A stretch of 64,000 nt of DNA. Source: Eutreptiella sp. 'Long Island Sound 2002'. Taxonomy: Eukaryota > Protista > Euglenida. The stretch spans positions 170,252,001 through 170,316,000 of the forward strand of contig OZ038378.1 in the NCBI GenBank assembly GCA_964036045.1, written 5' to 3'. The translations under genes were made by a program, and so were the position numbers. Under the pieces are notes generated by a model that saw only the letters and a list, made by a program, of their open reading frames with translations, searched no databases and was not told where the DNA came from. Shown here one piece after another: positions 37,171 to 49,539 of this stretch (within the stretch, counting starts at the first letter, position 1; each line of letters begins with the position of its first letter).

Positions 37171-37328
37171 CAGACAGACAGTTCAGGAAAAAATTGCAAA
37201 TGAGGTAATGCACTCCAGTCAGACAGTATCACTTTTCAAAGCATGAAGGGGGCAGATACAACAAATCTTGAGAAACTTTGTTTGGTGAAGCTCGTTCAGT
37301 CCCTGACGCTCTGTACAACCAATAACTG

Positions 37329-37775
37329 TTAGCCCATTAGCCCTGGTGTATGGAGCATGTTTTTTCGTTGGGGTGTGCGCCTGAGGGATTTTCTGTGCTT
37401 CTCTTTTTCTTTGGAAGCTTCCTCATTGCTTGGGTACAACTGTGTACGTGCAATGGTTCTGTGCGGGCGTTCCGGGATGGGACTGTCTGTTCCAGTTGGA
37501 GATTGTTTTGATGTGGAGTCTCTTCCAATCATATTTGGAGAGGCAGGGGCTCAATCAGAAACGAAACTTGACCTGGCAGGTGTCACTAAGATGTCAGTGC
37601 TTTCTTGACTTTGAGAGCGTTGTTGTGAACGTGCAGGGGAGCGCACGCTTGTGGGCAGCCAGGCACTAATGTTTGAGAACACCGCTGTGAGGTCCCGTGG
37701 TTTTGCAGAAATTTCTGACTGATTCACAGGGGCGGATGCCTCGGGTGAAAGGGCATCAATCAAAGCTCCTAGCAT
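37329..37775 (-). pseudogene. Ser/Pro/Lys-rich reading frame broken by one TGA
   Basis: ORFs 37551..37775 and 37329..37532 are in the same frame, separated only by TGA; no domain recognised. Confidence 0.25.
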
Positions 37776-38289
37776 GTCCGCACTCCGTTGCGAAGAAAAT
37801 AATGGGTTAATGAACGTTAATGGAGGGAGGGGGGGGGATTTGCAGATACTGTCTGCCCCAAGCAGATCTGCTGATTGTAGACACTATCGGCATCTTGTAG
37901 ACGCAAAGTGACAATAATGGGGAAGGCAGGCAAAGGCCCCTAAGAAACAGTCTGCTAATGTTGTTTACTCGTGCACAGGGGTTCAATAGGGGGGGGGAGG
38001 CTTCTTGCCGAGTATCTATGAGAAGCCTATGGTCCTCGTTCAGTGGGACTCCCTGCCTCTTTGGCGATTACTGATGCCTCTTTGATGCTCACTGGGCGGC
38101 AGTGTGAGTTACCATTAAGTCTGGGCACCCTTAACTTCATGCTTGCACCATTTTCACATATCAAGCAGCCCTGCAGCTCAGATCCCTGGCTTCATATTGC
38201 TTGCTAAATCTGTGCGCACAAGCTACGGCTTGTCCTGTTTAGGGGCCGTATGTTTTGTTACATATGCCAAACTTGGTTAAACCTCAAGA

Positions 38290-38400
38290 CACACACTGTG
38301 TCAACAAGGGGTGGGGTGGGGGGTGGGGGGTTCAAATGGTCAGTAAGCTGGACTGGATGTCCCTGCCATAGAAAGCTGTTGTCCTTCAGCCAGTTCCACA
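38290..38400 (+). repeat. Dispersed ~100-bp repeat, second copy at ~41955-42050
   Basis: GGGGG.TTCAA.TGGTC.GTA.GCTG..CTGGATGTCCC.GCCATAG...TTGT.CTTCAGC.AGTT in both. Confidence 0.7.
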
Positions 38401-38770
38401 GCACAGTGTGCAGGTGTTTGGGGGAAGGGATTGAAAGATGGTGCAAATTGGTGTGAGAAAATGAAACGCACTGTCAGAGCGAGAACCGAGAGACCATGAT
38501 CTCATTCAAAAGCTGCTCAAACTGCGAGGTTCATAACACTTGCAGCAAACCAAATGCTCGTGTTTGAGTGCCCTGCTGCTGGGCTCAATAAACGATGTTG
38601 TTGCCTCAACTTACTCCCCCCACAAAACAGAACAGAACCGAGTGGGGGGATGGGGGTGGGGGGGATGGCCCACCCAGACCTGAAGTAAGGACTTGGGCCA
38701 CCAGTGTTGTCAGCGATTGTGTGCAGTGGCCTTGGGCTGTGAGAGTTGCTGAAGAGGCTAAAAGGGACAC

Positions 38771-38771
<1 letters not shown>

Positions 38772-38805
<34 letters not shown>

Positions 38806-39425
38806 CATGCACACACCCACTCCACCCCTGCCGTGTTCCTTCCCCTCTGTTTGTCATGTTGTATGGCATGTCACCAGAGTGATTTTGCAAGGCAGCGGAC
38901 ATTGCTACCCTCGCTAATTTATGGCCGGTTTTGCAGGTATGCTGTGTTGTATGCTGTGTGTGCTGTGCTGTGTGCAGTACTGTTGTGCTGTGTACTGTGT
39001 GCCTGTTGCTGTACTGTTGTGATGCGTATTGTGTTATGTTGTGTTGTTGTACTGTGTACAGTGTGCTATACGGTGTTATAGTTGCGGTTGTTGTGGCTAT
39101 GGCTGTTGCTGTTGCTGTGGTTGTGGTTGTGGCTGTTGCTGTTGCGGTGGCCATGGCTGTGGCTATTTCTGTTGCCGCAGCTGTTGCTGTTGCTGAGGCC
39201 ATTGGTGTTGTTGTGGCTGTTGTTGTTGCAACGGTCTGGCTGTGGCTGCTCCCATGGTTGTGGCTGTTGTTGCAGCTGCTGGTGGTGCCATTGTTGGCTG
39301 TTGCAGTGCTTGTGCTTGTGGTTGTGGACATTGCCGTGGCTGTTCCTGTGGGCATCGTTGTGTTTGTGTGCCTGTCTGTGCATGTGTTTGTGGGTGGGTG
39401 GGTGTCTGTGTGCTGTGTGTGCATG
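38772..39425. repeat. (CA)n microsatellite followed by a degenerate TG/GYT low-complexity tract
   Basis: (CA)~16 at 38772-38804, then tgtgc/gttgct/gtggct repeats that generate the poly-Ala/Val/Thr ORFs. Confidence 0.9.
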
Positions 39426-41381
39426 TGCTTATGTGCACCAATTGCCAATTGCCCCAACTCAGGGGTGATTTCAACGCCTTCGGTTCTTAGACCAGTGCTG
39501 ATTGTGTCCCCCGCACAACAGCATTAGGGAACACCCAGACGCCAAGGATTATGTAGCCAATCTGCCCTCTCAAGGGGTACTTTGGATTTGGTCCCCCGCT
39601 GTGAAGTGTGGGGAGGCCTCAGACTACAAGGGTGATGTGGCCAATTTGCCCACTTGTGCACCACTGCGAATTCTATCGCCTTCGGCAGTGCACCTCGAAG
39701 AGAGGCTGACAGTCAGCCAATCATGGCATCACTGCCATCAATGTGCCGCCTCAAATGATCAGGTTGCACGGCCCACATAAGGCTCCGGCCCACACAGGCT
39801 CCCTCAAGTGAGCGAGCGAGCGAGAGGCAGTTTGGGGCATGCGCAGGGGGGGGCACGCATGGGGCACACGGGGCCACGGCCCACCAATGTTCTTGACCCC
39901 CCCCCCCCGTTTCCCCCCCGTTTTCCCGTGTTACCCCACAGGTTTCCCCGTTTTCCTCTGTTTTCCCCTGTCAGGCCGCACATTTCCTCACCCTTGGCAA
40001 CAAAGGTGGCTTTGGCGCTGGGGGGGGGCAAGCTGAGAAATTGTGTTGCTTGTTTTGTACCATGCTGTTTATGTAGGGAGCGCTGGCTTAAGGAGGTGAG
40101 TCTGGTCCTTGAATGTACGGGGGCCAACTTGGCATTCAACCACTTTCGTCACTAGCATTGCCTGATAGCCCAACTGGTAGGGGGTTTGGAACTTGCTTCC
40201 AACTTGGCAAGGGCAATGGGGATCACGTGAACTGGCCCACTTCACAGGCTCACCTACCAAAACCGCACAGAAAGGGTGCCTTCATGATCATGAGCATCAG
40301 AAGATAAGCCGGCCACAAACACAAAACAAACGGTCTTAGTTTGCTCAGCCTACAATAGGCAAGACACAACCAGGGAATCCCAACTGATTGATGCATTGTT
40401 CCAAAACCCCCTATTCCGCCTAAAAAATATCTTCCCCCGCCCCCCCCCCATTTCCCACCGTTTTCCCCCGTTTGGCCCCATTTTCCCACTCGCCAAAGCC
40501 CAATTGTGGACCACCTCATCTTTGCTCCCTATTGAAAAAATAATCCCTAAATGCCCATGGACATTAAGCAGGCTAGAGAGCCCGCGCACGAAAGCCATCG
40601 TAGACAGCCCAGCAACCTGATGAGGTCCATGTTGGCCATGTGCCTGGTTTCCAAACCCTTAAGCCACATGCACAGCGCCCCGTACACTGCACGAAAAGTG
40701 TGTGTGCACTTGCATAGGGAATCAACCATTTTCGCAACAAACGTGGGCCATTTTGTGGGCCATAGTTCGCTTTTGACGCTAATGATAAATCCCGCTTTTT
40801 CAGATTGCACACAATCACACAACGCCCACAGCGTAGGGTCCCGTTTCTCTTGGAATCCAGCATGATGTGATCACATTATACCTTTGCTTGCACTTTGCCT
40901 TGCGTGCCGTGTAGTGCCGAAACCATGCGTTTGTTGATGAGTGTTTGGCATATGGCAGGCGAGTAGCGCCACCCGGATTCTCGTGTGTCTAGGGATCTGG
41001 ATTTAGTGAAAATTGGCTGTGGCAGTATCAACCAGCAACAATAAATCAGAACAAAGGAGGATGTGACACACTGAGGGATTGTCACCAACCCATCCTTGGG
41101 CTTGCCACCTGGCTGCTGCACCTTCCAATCCGAGAAAGATGTGTTCGGAGTCCACAGATGCAACAATGCAACAACTTGTCTGCCCAAAGACAAAGACGAC
41201 GACTGCAAGGAACTGCACTCCTGACCTGTCACTGCTATGCTGGAGGGGGTTGAACACCTGGGGGCGGGATCCTGCAATTGTGTCTGTGACATACATTCCA
41301 ATCCCACCCACAAACCCCCCCCCCCGGACCCTGAATTTTTTTTGGGGGGGGGGGGGGGGTTGCACTGTGCACATAGTACCC

Positions 41382-41963
41382 CCCCCCCCCGTGCCCAAGA
41401 ACCAGCAATGTTTGACCGCGGAACCAGGGGTTGGTTCTTGCGCACACTTTTTCCCCTAAATTTGACCGCGGAACCAGGGGTTGGTTCTTGCGCACAGCCG
41501 TGGGCAACCCCGTACCGCGGAAAAAAAAATTTCCGGCGCGTTGCGCCGGGACATGCGTGCCCTCTCCTTTCCCACACTTAACCACGTTGACAAATGAACA
41601 CCAAAGGAGTGAATCGCAGCTGACTGGGCTGTAGTGTGCCTTCCAACGTGCATGGGATGATGGGACGCGAGAGGTTGGCAATTAAAGCAGCTGGGTGCCT
41701 CACCAGACGCTCATTGCGTTTGTACTCAATCTGCACTGTCTCAGACTGGGCACCAGGACCCAACACAGTGGCTGGAACAAGAGAGCCATCAGATCGCCGA
41801 TAGAAGACAGACTCACCGGCAGTGTACATGGGAACGTCTATGGTACAGAACAAGGAATGGAAGAGGTGGTGCCACTACCCTGGTAAAAAAAGTGATGCGA
41901 GAATTTGACCGCGGAACCAGGGGTTGGTTCTTGCGCAAGGTGGTTCTTGGGCACGGGGGGGGG
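41382..41963. mobile_element. TIR element (perfect 23-bp TIR) with three identical 34-bp internal repeats, enclosing an SH3/Tudor-like coding fragment
   Basis: CCCCCCCCCGTGCCCAAGAACCA (41382-41404) / its reverse complement (41941-41963). TTTGACCGCGGAACCAGGGGTTGGTTCTTGCGCA at 41411, 41461 and 41904. ORF 41578..41853 (-) reads YTAGESVFYRRSDGSLVPATVL..VQIEY. No TSD seen. Confidence 0.65.
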
Positions 41964-42369
41964 CTTCAATTGGTCGGTAGGCTGAGCTGGATGTCCCCGC
42001 CATAGACACTTCCAGCCATTGTTCTTCAGCAAGTTCACAGCAGTGCGTCCGGGTTTTTGCTAGGCGACTGTCCCGGTGCTTCCGCCAGTGTTCGCTTGTC
42101 CCTACCTTCCATATGTACACTGTCGTACCCAAGTTTGCGGGGCTTTGACTCTACAGGGTCAGTGGCGTGCATGGTGGTCAGGGTCAGTCCCTGGGATACC
42201 TGCTTGACGCTGGCCCCATTCGGCCGGTACTCCTGGGATCTTGGTTCGGGCTCACTGTGCCCTGGTGGTGCTGGTTAGCGCACATTCAACACACAGCCAT
42301 TCAGGGGGGGGGGGGGGGGTTGCTTGGGTGGGTTTGTTGCGCTGATGGTGCCCATGTGGGGCACTGGGT

Positions 42370-43785
42370 TTATGGAGTGGTGCAGTGAGAACACATGGTG
42401 CTGCAGGACAGTGTGGAGGCGTCGTCAGACATGCGTGACGCTGGCGATGTGTGCCTTGATGAGGTGTGGGAGGACGGCATGCTTTCGGTGTCTGCCTGGC
42501 TTGGTCCCTGCTCCCAGTCCATTTCAACCAGCTGCAGTTCTGCCAACAGATTTGCTGCTACACGTGGCGACATGGGTGATGGTGGTTGGGGGGTGCGAAA
42601 TGTATTTCTGCGTTCCAGCGCCTCCCACGGTGTGTGCATGCAGTGCACTGTGCTCGGTGTGGCCAATGAGGTGTGAGGGAGGCGGGCTCGGAGGTTGGAG
42701 AGTGGCGTGTAGGCGACGGTGTGTGGTGTGAATCTCTTCGGGTATTTGGGGTTTCTGGCCGGGGTGCAATCTTCAATGTCCTGTGACGGTGTCGGTCGGC
42801 GAGGGGTTCTGGGGGGGGGTGGGGGGGTGCTGTACTCTTCCGCTGTGTGCCGCAGTGGTGTGAGCTGCGACTCTGGGAGGGGGGGCTCGTCAAGCTCTGG
42901 GGCCTCTTCCTCCAGTAGGTCCGCTAAGGATTGTACATCATCATTGTCTGGTGGCTGTTGTTGCCCTGTTTGCGAGACGGAGACGTGTCCAAAAAGGAGG
43001 GGGGATTTTCGCCGACCGACATCCGCCAGATGATCCGCTCTGGTATTGCCTTTGATTCCTATGTGGGAGGGGATGTGCATCCAGTGGGTGGGGGAGTGTG
43101 CTGATTCAATTAGGTCCAGTACCTGGGTCCACAGGTCCACGTGGCTGACTGGGCCCGCGGATCCTGTCCACTTGTGCCTGCGCCACTTTTGGGCCTTGCC
43201 GTGGACACCGTCTACAACGAGTAAGGAGTCAGGGCAGATCAGGACAGGTTTGTCTGGTGACCGTGCTTGCAGCGCGCGCAGGGCTGCCCTCAGTTCCCCT
43301 CTGTTGTTGGTTTGGGGTTCACTCACTGGAATTGGTTCAGCTGTATCCCTGGAATCCCCAAAGGAGACGCCATACCCTCCCACTCGTCCTACTACCTCAT
43401 GGTCCTCCGATGATCCGTCGGGATATATGACTTCCCACGGGGGGGGGGGGGGTACAAGCTTATGCTGTTTGGACAACAAACTCATGATGTCCTCCGTCTG
43501 GTGTGAAGGGCTGTGGTTGCAGTACTGAGCTTCTTGCGGTTGGAGTACTGTAGCCACTTTGGAGGGCACCTGATGGGGGCCTGCTGTCTCCATATGTGAC
43601 TGATGACAGGTCCAAAGGGAGGGGGGGGGCATTTGCCTGTGGGGCTGGAGGGAGTACTCTTCCAATTGTCTTGGGGCATTCTGCGGTTCAGGTTGTAGGC
43701 ATTCAGTCGGCTGCAGACAAATGACCTCTGTGGAATGCCTAACCTGCAACCCCCAGCATGTGCCACGCTGTTCTGATCGCCCCAT
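42370..43785 (-). mobile_element. Non-LTR retrotransposon 3' region encoding an RNase HI-like domain plus a Ser/Pro/Thr-rich tail
   Basis: IYPDGS (D), TNNRGEL (E), CPDSLLV (D) and HIGIKGNTRADHLA (H..D) at ~43430-42990. Upstream sequence to ~44450 is frameshifted; no intact RT. Confidence 0.8.
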
Positions 43786-44563
43786 GGCTCAATCACCGCA
43801 TGTCCACCAAAGCTCCTGCCTGCAGACTCTGTTCGTGTTGCTGAAACGCGAACACTTTTTTGGTCCCTCCTGGGCACTTCTTGGACTCCTCCTTCTGATC
43901 AGAAATGGTCTTGTCGGCTACTTAACCTGCCCCATGGCTGGGAAACAACAAGTTTCTGCTTGGTTGCTTGGTGATGATGTTTCTCTTTGAGTCCTGCAGG
44001 ATCCAGCAACAACAAATAAGTTGTCCCGAGAGTTCATCTCAGGGCCACAACTTGAATCTTGGACAGCCACCCCTGTGGGGCAGGGAAGGGTCCAGGGTCA
44101 GCAACTTGCGGGCACAGGGCAATTGCTGCTCACGTCCTGGGACCTAGGGCGCATACCACCCACCGCCCTCCCCTGGGGGATTCCAAGTGTTCAAACAAAA
44201 AAAATATTGGAAACTGGTGCAAAACAGTATCTGCAAAACCGACAAGGAACTTCGAAAACAGGGACCGCAGAATCACTGGTCAAAGGCTCAGCCGTAGCAC
44301 AGACTGGCCTTTGCCTGTCCTGCCTCCCAGGGGCGTAACAGATGGAACTCGAGGACAACATCATGGTGATGTACTGTATTGGCACCTGCATGTGTGAGCC
44401 TCTCATGAAGCAATTGGTTGCCTGATGCTGGACATCCCTGATTGACACAATGCTGAGCCGTAATCCATCATCTCATAGAACCCATGACACAGAACAGCGG
44501 CCGCAATGACATGTCCATCACCACGAACCGCAAGCCCCACCAGCACCAGGACCTTGCTAGACA

Positions 44564-45283
44564 TCAATCGTCGTCTTCGTCGATCAGACTTTCCTTTGTG
44601 TATTTACATTTTTCAGAGACCAGGGGGTATTTCGTCGATGGCCAGTAATACCTTTCATACTGCAGCAGTTTTTCTGGTTCCGGCTGCACTTCAAACAATT
44701 GCTCCTCCCCAACAAGCGTCTCACTTGCCAGCTGATACCACTCTGGGGACTGGGAGAGATCAAATGACACGAGGTCCATATCAAAATCCTCAACAAATTG
44801 AAGAGACTGATGAGCACTCCCATTGTTACTGCTGTCATTGCTGCGTTCATCAAACACACGATACTCCTCGAGCACTGCATTCAGACACCATTTCTGGCTT
44901 TTGCGCAGTAATCCAACCAACGTCCCAGTCAGATGCACACCAGTACTGCAAAACACCAAGATGGGATAGTTGCTCGCCCTGAGCATGATTTCTAAGCCCT
45001 CTTTGAACAACTCTTCACAGAATGGCCTCCATGTGACATCGGCCTGCCACAATTTGTACCCAAGGTGGATGAAAGTGATATCATTTTGTTCCATGAATGT
45101 CCGAAGGGCACGCGTTGGCAGTTCTTGAGAAAGGCATACAATGGTGCGGAGCTTCAGTGTCTTCAAAAAGGGCAGATTCACCACATCAGGGGTTTTGCAC
45201 CTCCACAAATTGCACTCCACACAACTAAAATGCCTTGGTGTACAAAAATCAAGAGTCTCTGATTGTAATACTGGAGTGGGCAT
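44564..45283 (-). CDS. Siw14/OCA-family (Y_phosphatase2-like) pseudophosphatase, ~239 aa, intronless
   Basis: P..FS.VE.NLWR...P...NLPFL..LKL.TIV.LS, NYPILVFCSTGVHLTGTLVGLLRK.QKW.L.AVLEEY..F. The P-loop C-x5-R has Leu in place of Arg. Likely ATG at 45283, just after a gtttcgctgcag acceptor. Confidence 0.88.
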   Translation of the reverse strand: MPTPVLQSETLDFCTPRHFSCVECNLWRCKTPDVVNLPFLKTLKLRTIVCLSQELPTRALRTFMEQNDITFIHLGYKLWQADVTWRPFCEELFKEGLEIMLRASNYPILVFCSTGVHLTGTLVGLLRKSQKWCLNAVLEEYRVFDERSNDSSNNGSAHQSLQFVEDFDMDLVSFDLSQSPEWYQLASETLVGEEQLFEVQPEPEKLLQYERYYWPSTKYPLVSEKCKYTKESLIDEDDD

Positions 45284-46781
45284 GTCACCATTCTGCAGCG
45301 AAACAAATAAATGAACTGCACATTGAGGCTCTACACCCAGCAAACTCGTACCCTATCTGCAGGACCTAGGCTTCCTAATTCGTCTGATGTCCCCCAGGAG
45401 ACATTGGAATGCTCTACATGGAACCTCTATTTGTGCGCAAATTGCTTGCGCGAGCATACTTGCGATATCAATGTCCCTGAGTAGCCACTTAATTCTTTCA
45501 ACATGTCACATGGCTGTCTCAAGGACATAATGTTTCGTGGCCATAGAGGACATCGATTTGGGACCACAACTCCGTTTGGGAATACGCAATGATGCAGTGC
45601 TGTTTTTGCCATGTGCCCCAAAGGTGGGTGGATTTCAGGGTGGTTACGGGAAAGTAGAATTGCAGAAATGCCCCCAAGTGCACCCTGCCCCCCAAGTTCC
45701 AAGAGAAGCACTTCTGCTCCATCACCGTCTCGGGAGCGCAATGTAGAACTCACACCCAATGCTCCGCGTCAACACAACATTGTTGACCGGGAGCGTGGGG
45801 TGGAGAACAACCTGGAATGTGAGCATGGCGCGGAAGACGACCTGGAATGTGACTGCAACCGGGAGATGTTCAAGGACATTGCCCACAGTGAGGTGATTCT
45901 AGCATCGCTGGCACACTAGACCAAAAAAGAGGAATGGACAATGGCCCACAGGGGACAAAAGCCAAAATGGGGGCCAAAACGTCCTCCACCCTCCTGAACC
46001 TTCTTTGCACACACCCCATATGGCTGGCACCCCTATATATCCATCACATCTTGCAATAACCAACAGGAAATGCGATTTCTGGCAATGCGCTTCTCCAACA
46101 TGCCCTAGTTTTGGCAATGCGCACCCCTCACCCCCCCCCCTTGCCCCGCAAAAAGTGTTCGTGTAGCGCCATCCTATTTTCTGCCTGAAAAGCCTAAACA
46201 TCAGGCCTATCGGTGCAATGGAGGCACGCATCATTGCATCTGAAAATGACTGAATGTTGAAAATACAAACTGCCCTTGGGTCTGGCAGTGAGAGACCCCC
46301 TTGTTAGCTGTATCATTATCCAGGATGTCAAGCGAAAAGCGGCCCAGTAGATTGCATTGAATGAATAAACCACAACATCAATGGAAATCAAGGGAGAGCT
46401 CTTTCGCACGAAGCTCTCGTTCATCCATCACTGTGGCTTTCCATGTTTTTATGCTAATCCTGCTGTTAGCCAGTGACTGAAATACGCAGATGATCAACGA
46501 ATCAGTTTCCCTTCCATTGCTTGAAGCAGCATGAGTACTCGCTGAATTAGGTCAGATATTGAATGACTCTTCTCAAGGCATGCAGGTCGGAACCATTGCA
46601 GATGAGGTAAGTTGTCGGAGCCTTTCAATCTCTACACTGGCTCTTGCAAGTGCAACTTCCCACAAGTATCTGAGATTGATGTTTGGGGTGGTACTGCCTG
46701 AGAGTACGCCACGAAGCGAGCTTTTGCTATCAGATTATGGAACCTGTCACAGAGGGGGAATCCTCGCACTGCGCGCGCAAT

Positions 46782-47269
46782 GCGCGCTACTGTTAGACTA
46801 TGTTCCCCCCGAAGAGCCCCCAGGCACGCCCCTTGGAAACACCCTAAGAATTTGGCGACCCAAACTGGACTGGAGGGGACCTTGAGGGGGACCTTCCCGG
46901 TTCTTGTGGCAGTGGTGAAGGACCAGGGGCCTTTGGGGGGGGACTTGACTGTGTGTTGGGCGGTGGAGATGGAGGGCAGTGAGGTGGCAAATCTGAACTT
47001 GGGATGGCAAAGGAGATGGACTCCATCTTGCATTGCCGATTCACCACTCTCGATTCATCTTGGTAGTATTCCAAGTGGAGGAGTCTGTCTTCAGCCGTCC
47101 CAACCACCGTGGCACAAGGTCGCAGGCCATTGGAGCGGGTGTAGAACATCCTATCCCCAATACTCAGGGGGAATGTTTGCCCGGCGCGCTACTTTTAGAC
47201 TATGTTCCCCCCGAAGAGCCCCCAAGCAAACCCCTTGGAAACGCCCTTAGAATTAGGTGACCCAAACTG
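46782..47269. repeat. Two ~87-bp direct repeats (46782-46868, 47184-47269), probably retroelement fragments
   Basis: GCGCGCTACT.TTAGACTATGTTCCCCCCGAAGAGCCCC...CCCCTTGGAAAC.CCCT.AGAATT.GG.GACCCAAACTG in both. Confidence 0.85.
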
Positions 47270-47294
47270 CCCCAGCTCAAGAAAGTTGCAAACT

Positions 47295-47445
47295 GGGGTA
47301 CACAGTACCACTCTCGCTCCTTTAAGGGCGATCTTGGTCAACACCTTAGCAAATTGGGAGAATGGGGGGTTAGGATAGCACAACCGCATCCATCTCCAGT
47401 AGAAGCGATAGGCGTTATTGAGGTATCGCGAACAGTAGAGCTGCA
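47295..47445 (-). mobile_element. Retroelement-associated adenine methyltransferase-like fragment
   Basis: W.WM.LCYPNPPFSQFAKVLTKIALKGARVVLCTP resembles the NPP[FY]...KVL.K...E.A..VL..PxW Dam-like domain of DIRS-type elements. Confidence 0.6.
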
Positions 47446-47575
47446 TCATAACATTGGTCCCACAAGTGTGGGTGTCAATACATTCAGTACAATAGTGCTC
47501 CTTACACTCACCACAAACTGCGACGGTGGAGCGTTCTGGCAACACAACACACACACTTCTGCCTCATCCTCTACC

Positions 47576-47887
47576 TCATCTTGCGTGCCACAACCGAGCA
47601 AACCGCTGCTCAATGTGTGCCCTATACCACCCGTGCACGTCATTGTAACATTGTTGGCGGGCTGTCAAAGCGCCATTCTTTCTTCCAATGAATGGCACAA
47701 TGACATGAATCCGGCCCTTATAAGCACCATCATGGCCCCCAACTTCGAAATCAAAGAAATCACCTCGGGTACGAGAAGGTCCATACCCATCCCAAATCAA
47801 AACATCTGCTGATGTCCCGGGGGCCAAGGGGCAAATCCATATAATGTTGCCCAACATATCAACGGCAACAGTCCACCGGTAGGGCAC
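47576..47887 (-). mobile_element. PIF/Harbinger (IS5-like, DDE_Tnp_4) transposase fragment
   Basis: GTSAD....GHDGAYKG...PF....LT.RQQ.YN..HGWYRAHIEQ.FARL; the N-terminus is missing. Confidence 0.75.
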
Positions 47888-49539
47888 GGGTCACAAAAGA
47901 TGCCCGGCGCGCACCCGGCGCGCTAACGTTCCCCCTCAGATCCATGGAGAAAGTGGGCCTGAGAAATGAGGAGGGAAGTATGATGTCCACTAGCAGGCAC
48001 CCTAAAAGTGTATCACCATATAAATCAACCGAGAAAAAGAGTAGATGTGGTAGAAATGGGTAAAAAATGTGTGCAAAAAGGTAGAAATGGGTGAAACAGG
48101 GTGAACATCCAAAAATACCATATCCCCAATGCATCAAAACCTACTCCGAAACGGCAATGATGCCCAAAGTACCACAAAGTATGGGTTTCTACTACGGACG
48201 GACACCCAAATAGTCGCACTGTGCGCGCACTGCATGTGCACTGCGCTTAAGGCGCCCCCAAAGTCAGTGACTCTTCTACTATGTGGGCGCAAGTGCACGG
48301 TCCTCGCACGGTGCGCACCGTTTTGGGGCAATTACACAGCTTTCACCCCCCAATTGGACTCACAGAAAGGTACTAGACAGCAACATTGGCACCAGGGTGA
48401 AATGGGGCACCATCTCAACAACACGGCACCTCACGGGGCAACAGCAAAGCAAAACAATGGGGACAAGTAAATTATCATAATAAAAAACATGCACAGTGCG
48501 AGCACGGTGCGTGCCGCTCCCCTTGTGGGTTCGTCTGCTGTGGGTTCTTCCCCTTTTGGTCCATCCAGCCAGTGCAAAAAAAGCGAACGCCTGGTTTTGT
48601 GCAGCAGTGTGACAGAGCCAAACTCCTTTGCAGAATCAATGGGGCAAGAGAGCCCCCCCAAGAGCGAAAACCAGGAACCAAAAGTAAGACACCGTTGGTG
48701 ATGTGAGGTGCCGTGGCAATGAGGTCCTGGAATTGTAACTGTAACCATAGCAGAGACCTCTTCTGACACCAATGAGGGGAAGGGGGGGCAACGGGACTTA
48801 TTGGTGGCACCCAGCATGAAAATAGCACTTGTGCCCAGACTGACAACACTGTGGGCAGAGGAAGGATCTGTGCGTTTCCCAAAGGACAGCCTCTGATGGG
48901 CTGGAGTCATCAATCGGCAGCATGTGAATTTTGGGCATGAATGGAAAGGCATATGCCATGCGCAAAAAGATTAAGAAAGGAAAAACCAAATTAAAACAGA
49001 GAATCTCGATGAAACAATTCTTTGTCAGCATACACGGGAAATCTGGGGGACTGAACACAGGAGGGATGTAGGAAAATAGGCAGGGTTAGAGCGCTCCCAA
49101 ACTTGGAAATCAGGAAAAGACAGGGGTTAAGATTGAATTGGGGTCAGAGATGTGCGAAGGGGACGAACATAGTAGTGAGGAAAGAGCAAAATATTGGCTG
49201 TTCCCTCACCCAATCACTCCTTCTTCATGTTGATGCAGTGCAAAAATGCAAAAATGACTGCGGAGGCAACATTGGTTCTATCTAGAGAAGGGGAGAGCGC
49301 TGGCCACAAGCTTGCTGTCGGGCAAACAACCACCACCACCAATTAATTATCAACTGCTGTCGCTTGACTGCTAGCAGCTGTCAGCAATCTGCTGTTCTGC
49401 CACTGCAAGCTGACTTCATTGGCTGCCCTGACACTGAAAACTTGTTTCATTTTTAAAGGACAGTTTTGATCTTTGGCCGCAAAAAACAAGCACAGAGACA
49501 CCCATGAATGCAGACGGGGGCAGGAGGGGGGCGGGCAGC

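Noticed and set aside
38606-39527. 283-aa Thr/Ala and 198-aa Val/Ala ORFs as mucin or membrane proteins
   Set aside because: Open in several frames because of microsatellite-like low complexity.
41411-41937. Three identical 34-bp repeats as a CRISPR array
   Set aside because: Spacers of 16 and 409 bp, no cas genes, eukaryotic context; the repeats sit inside a TIR pair.
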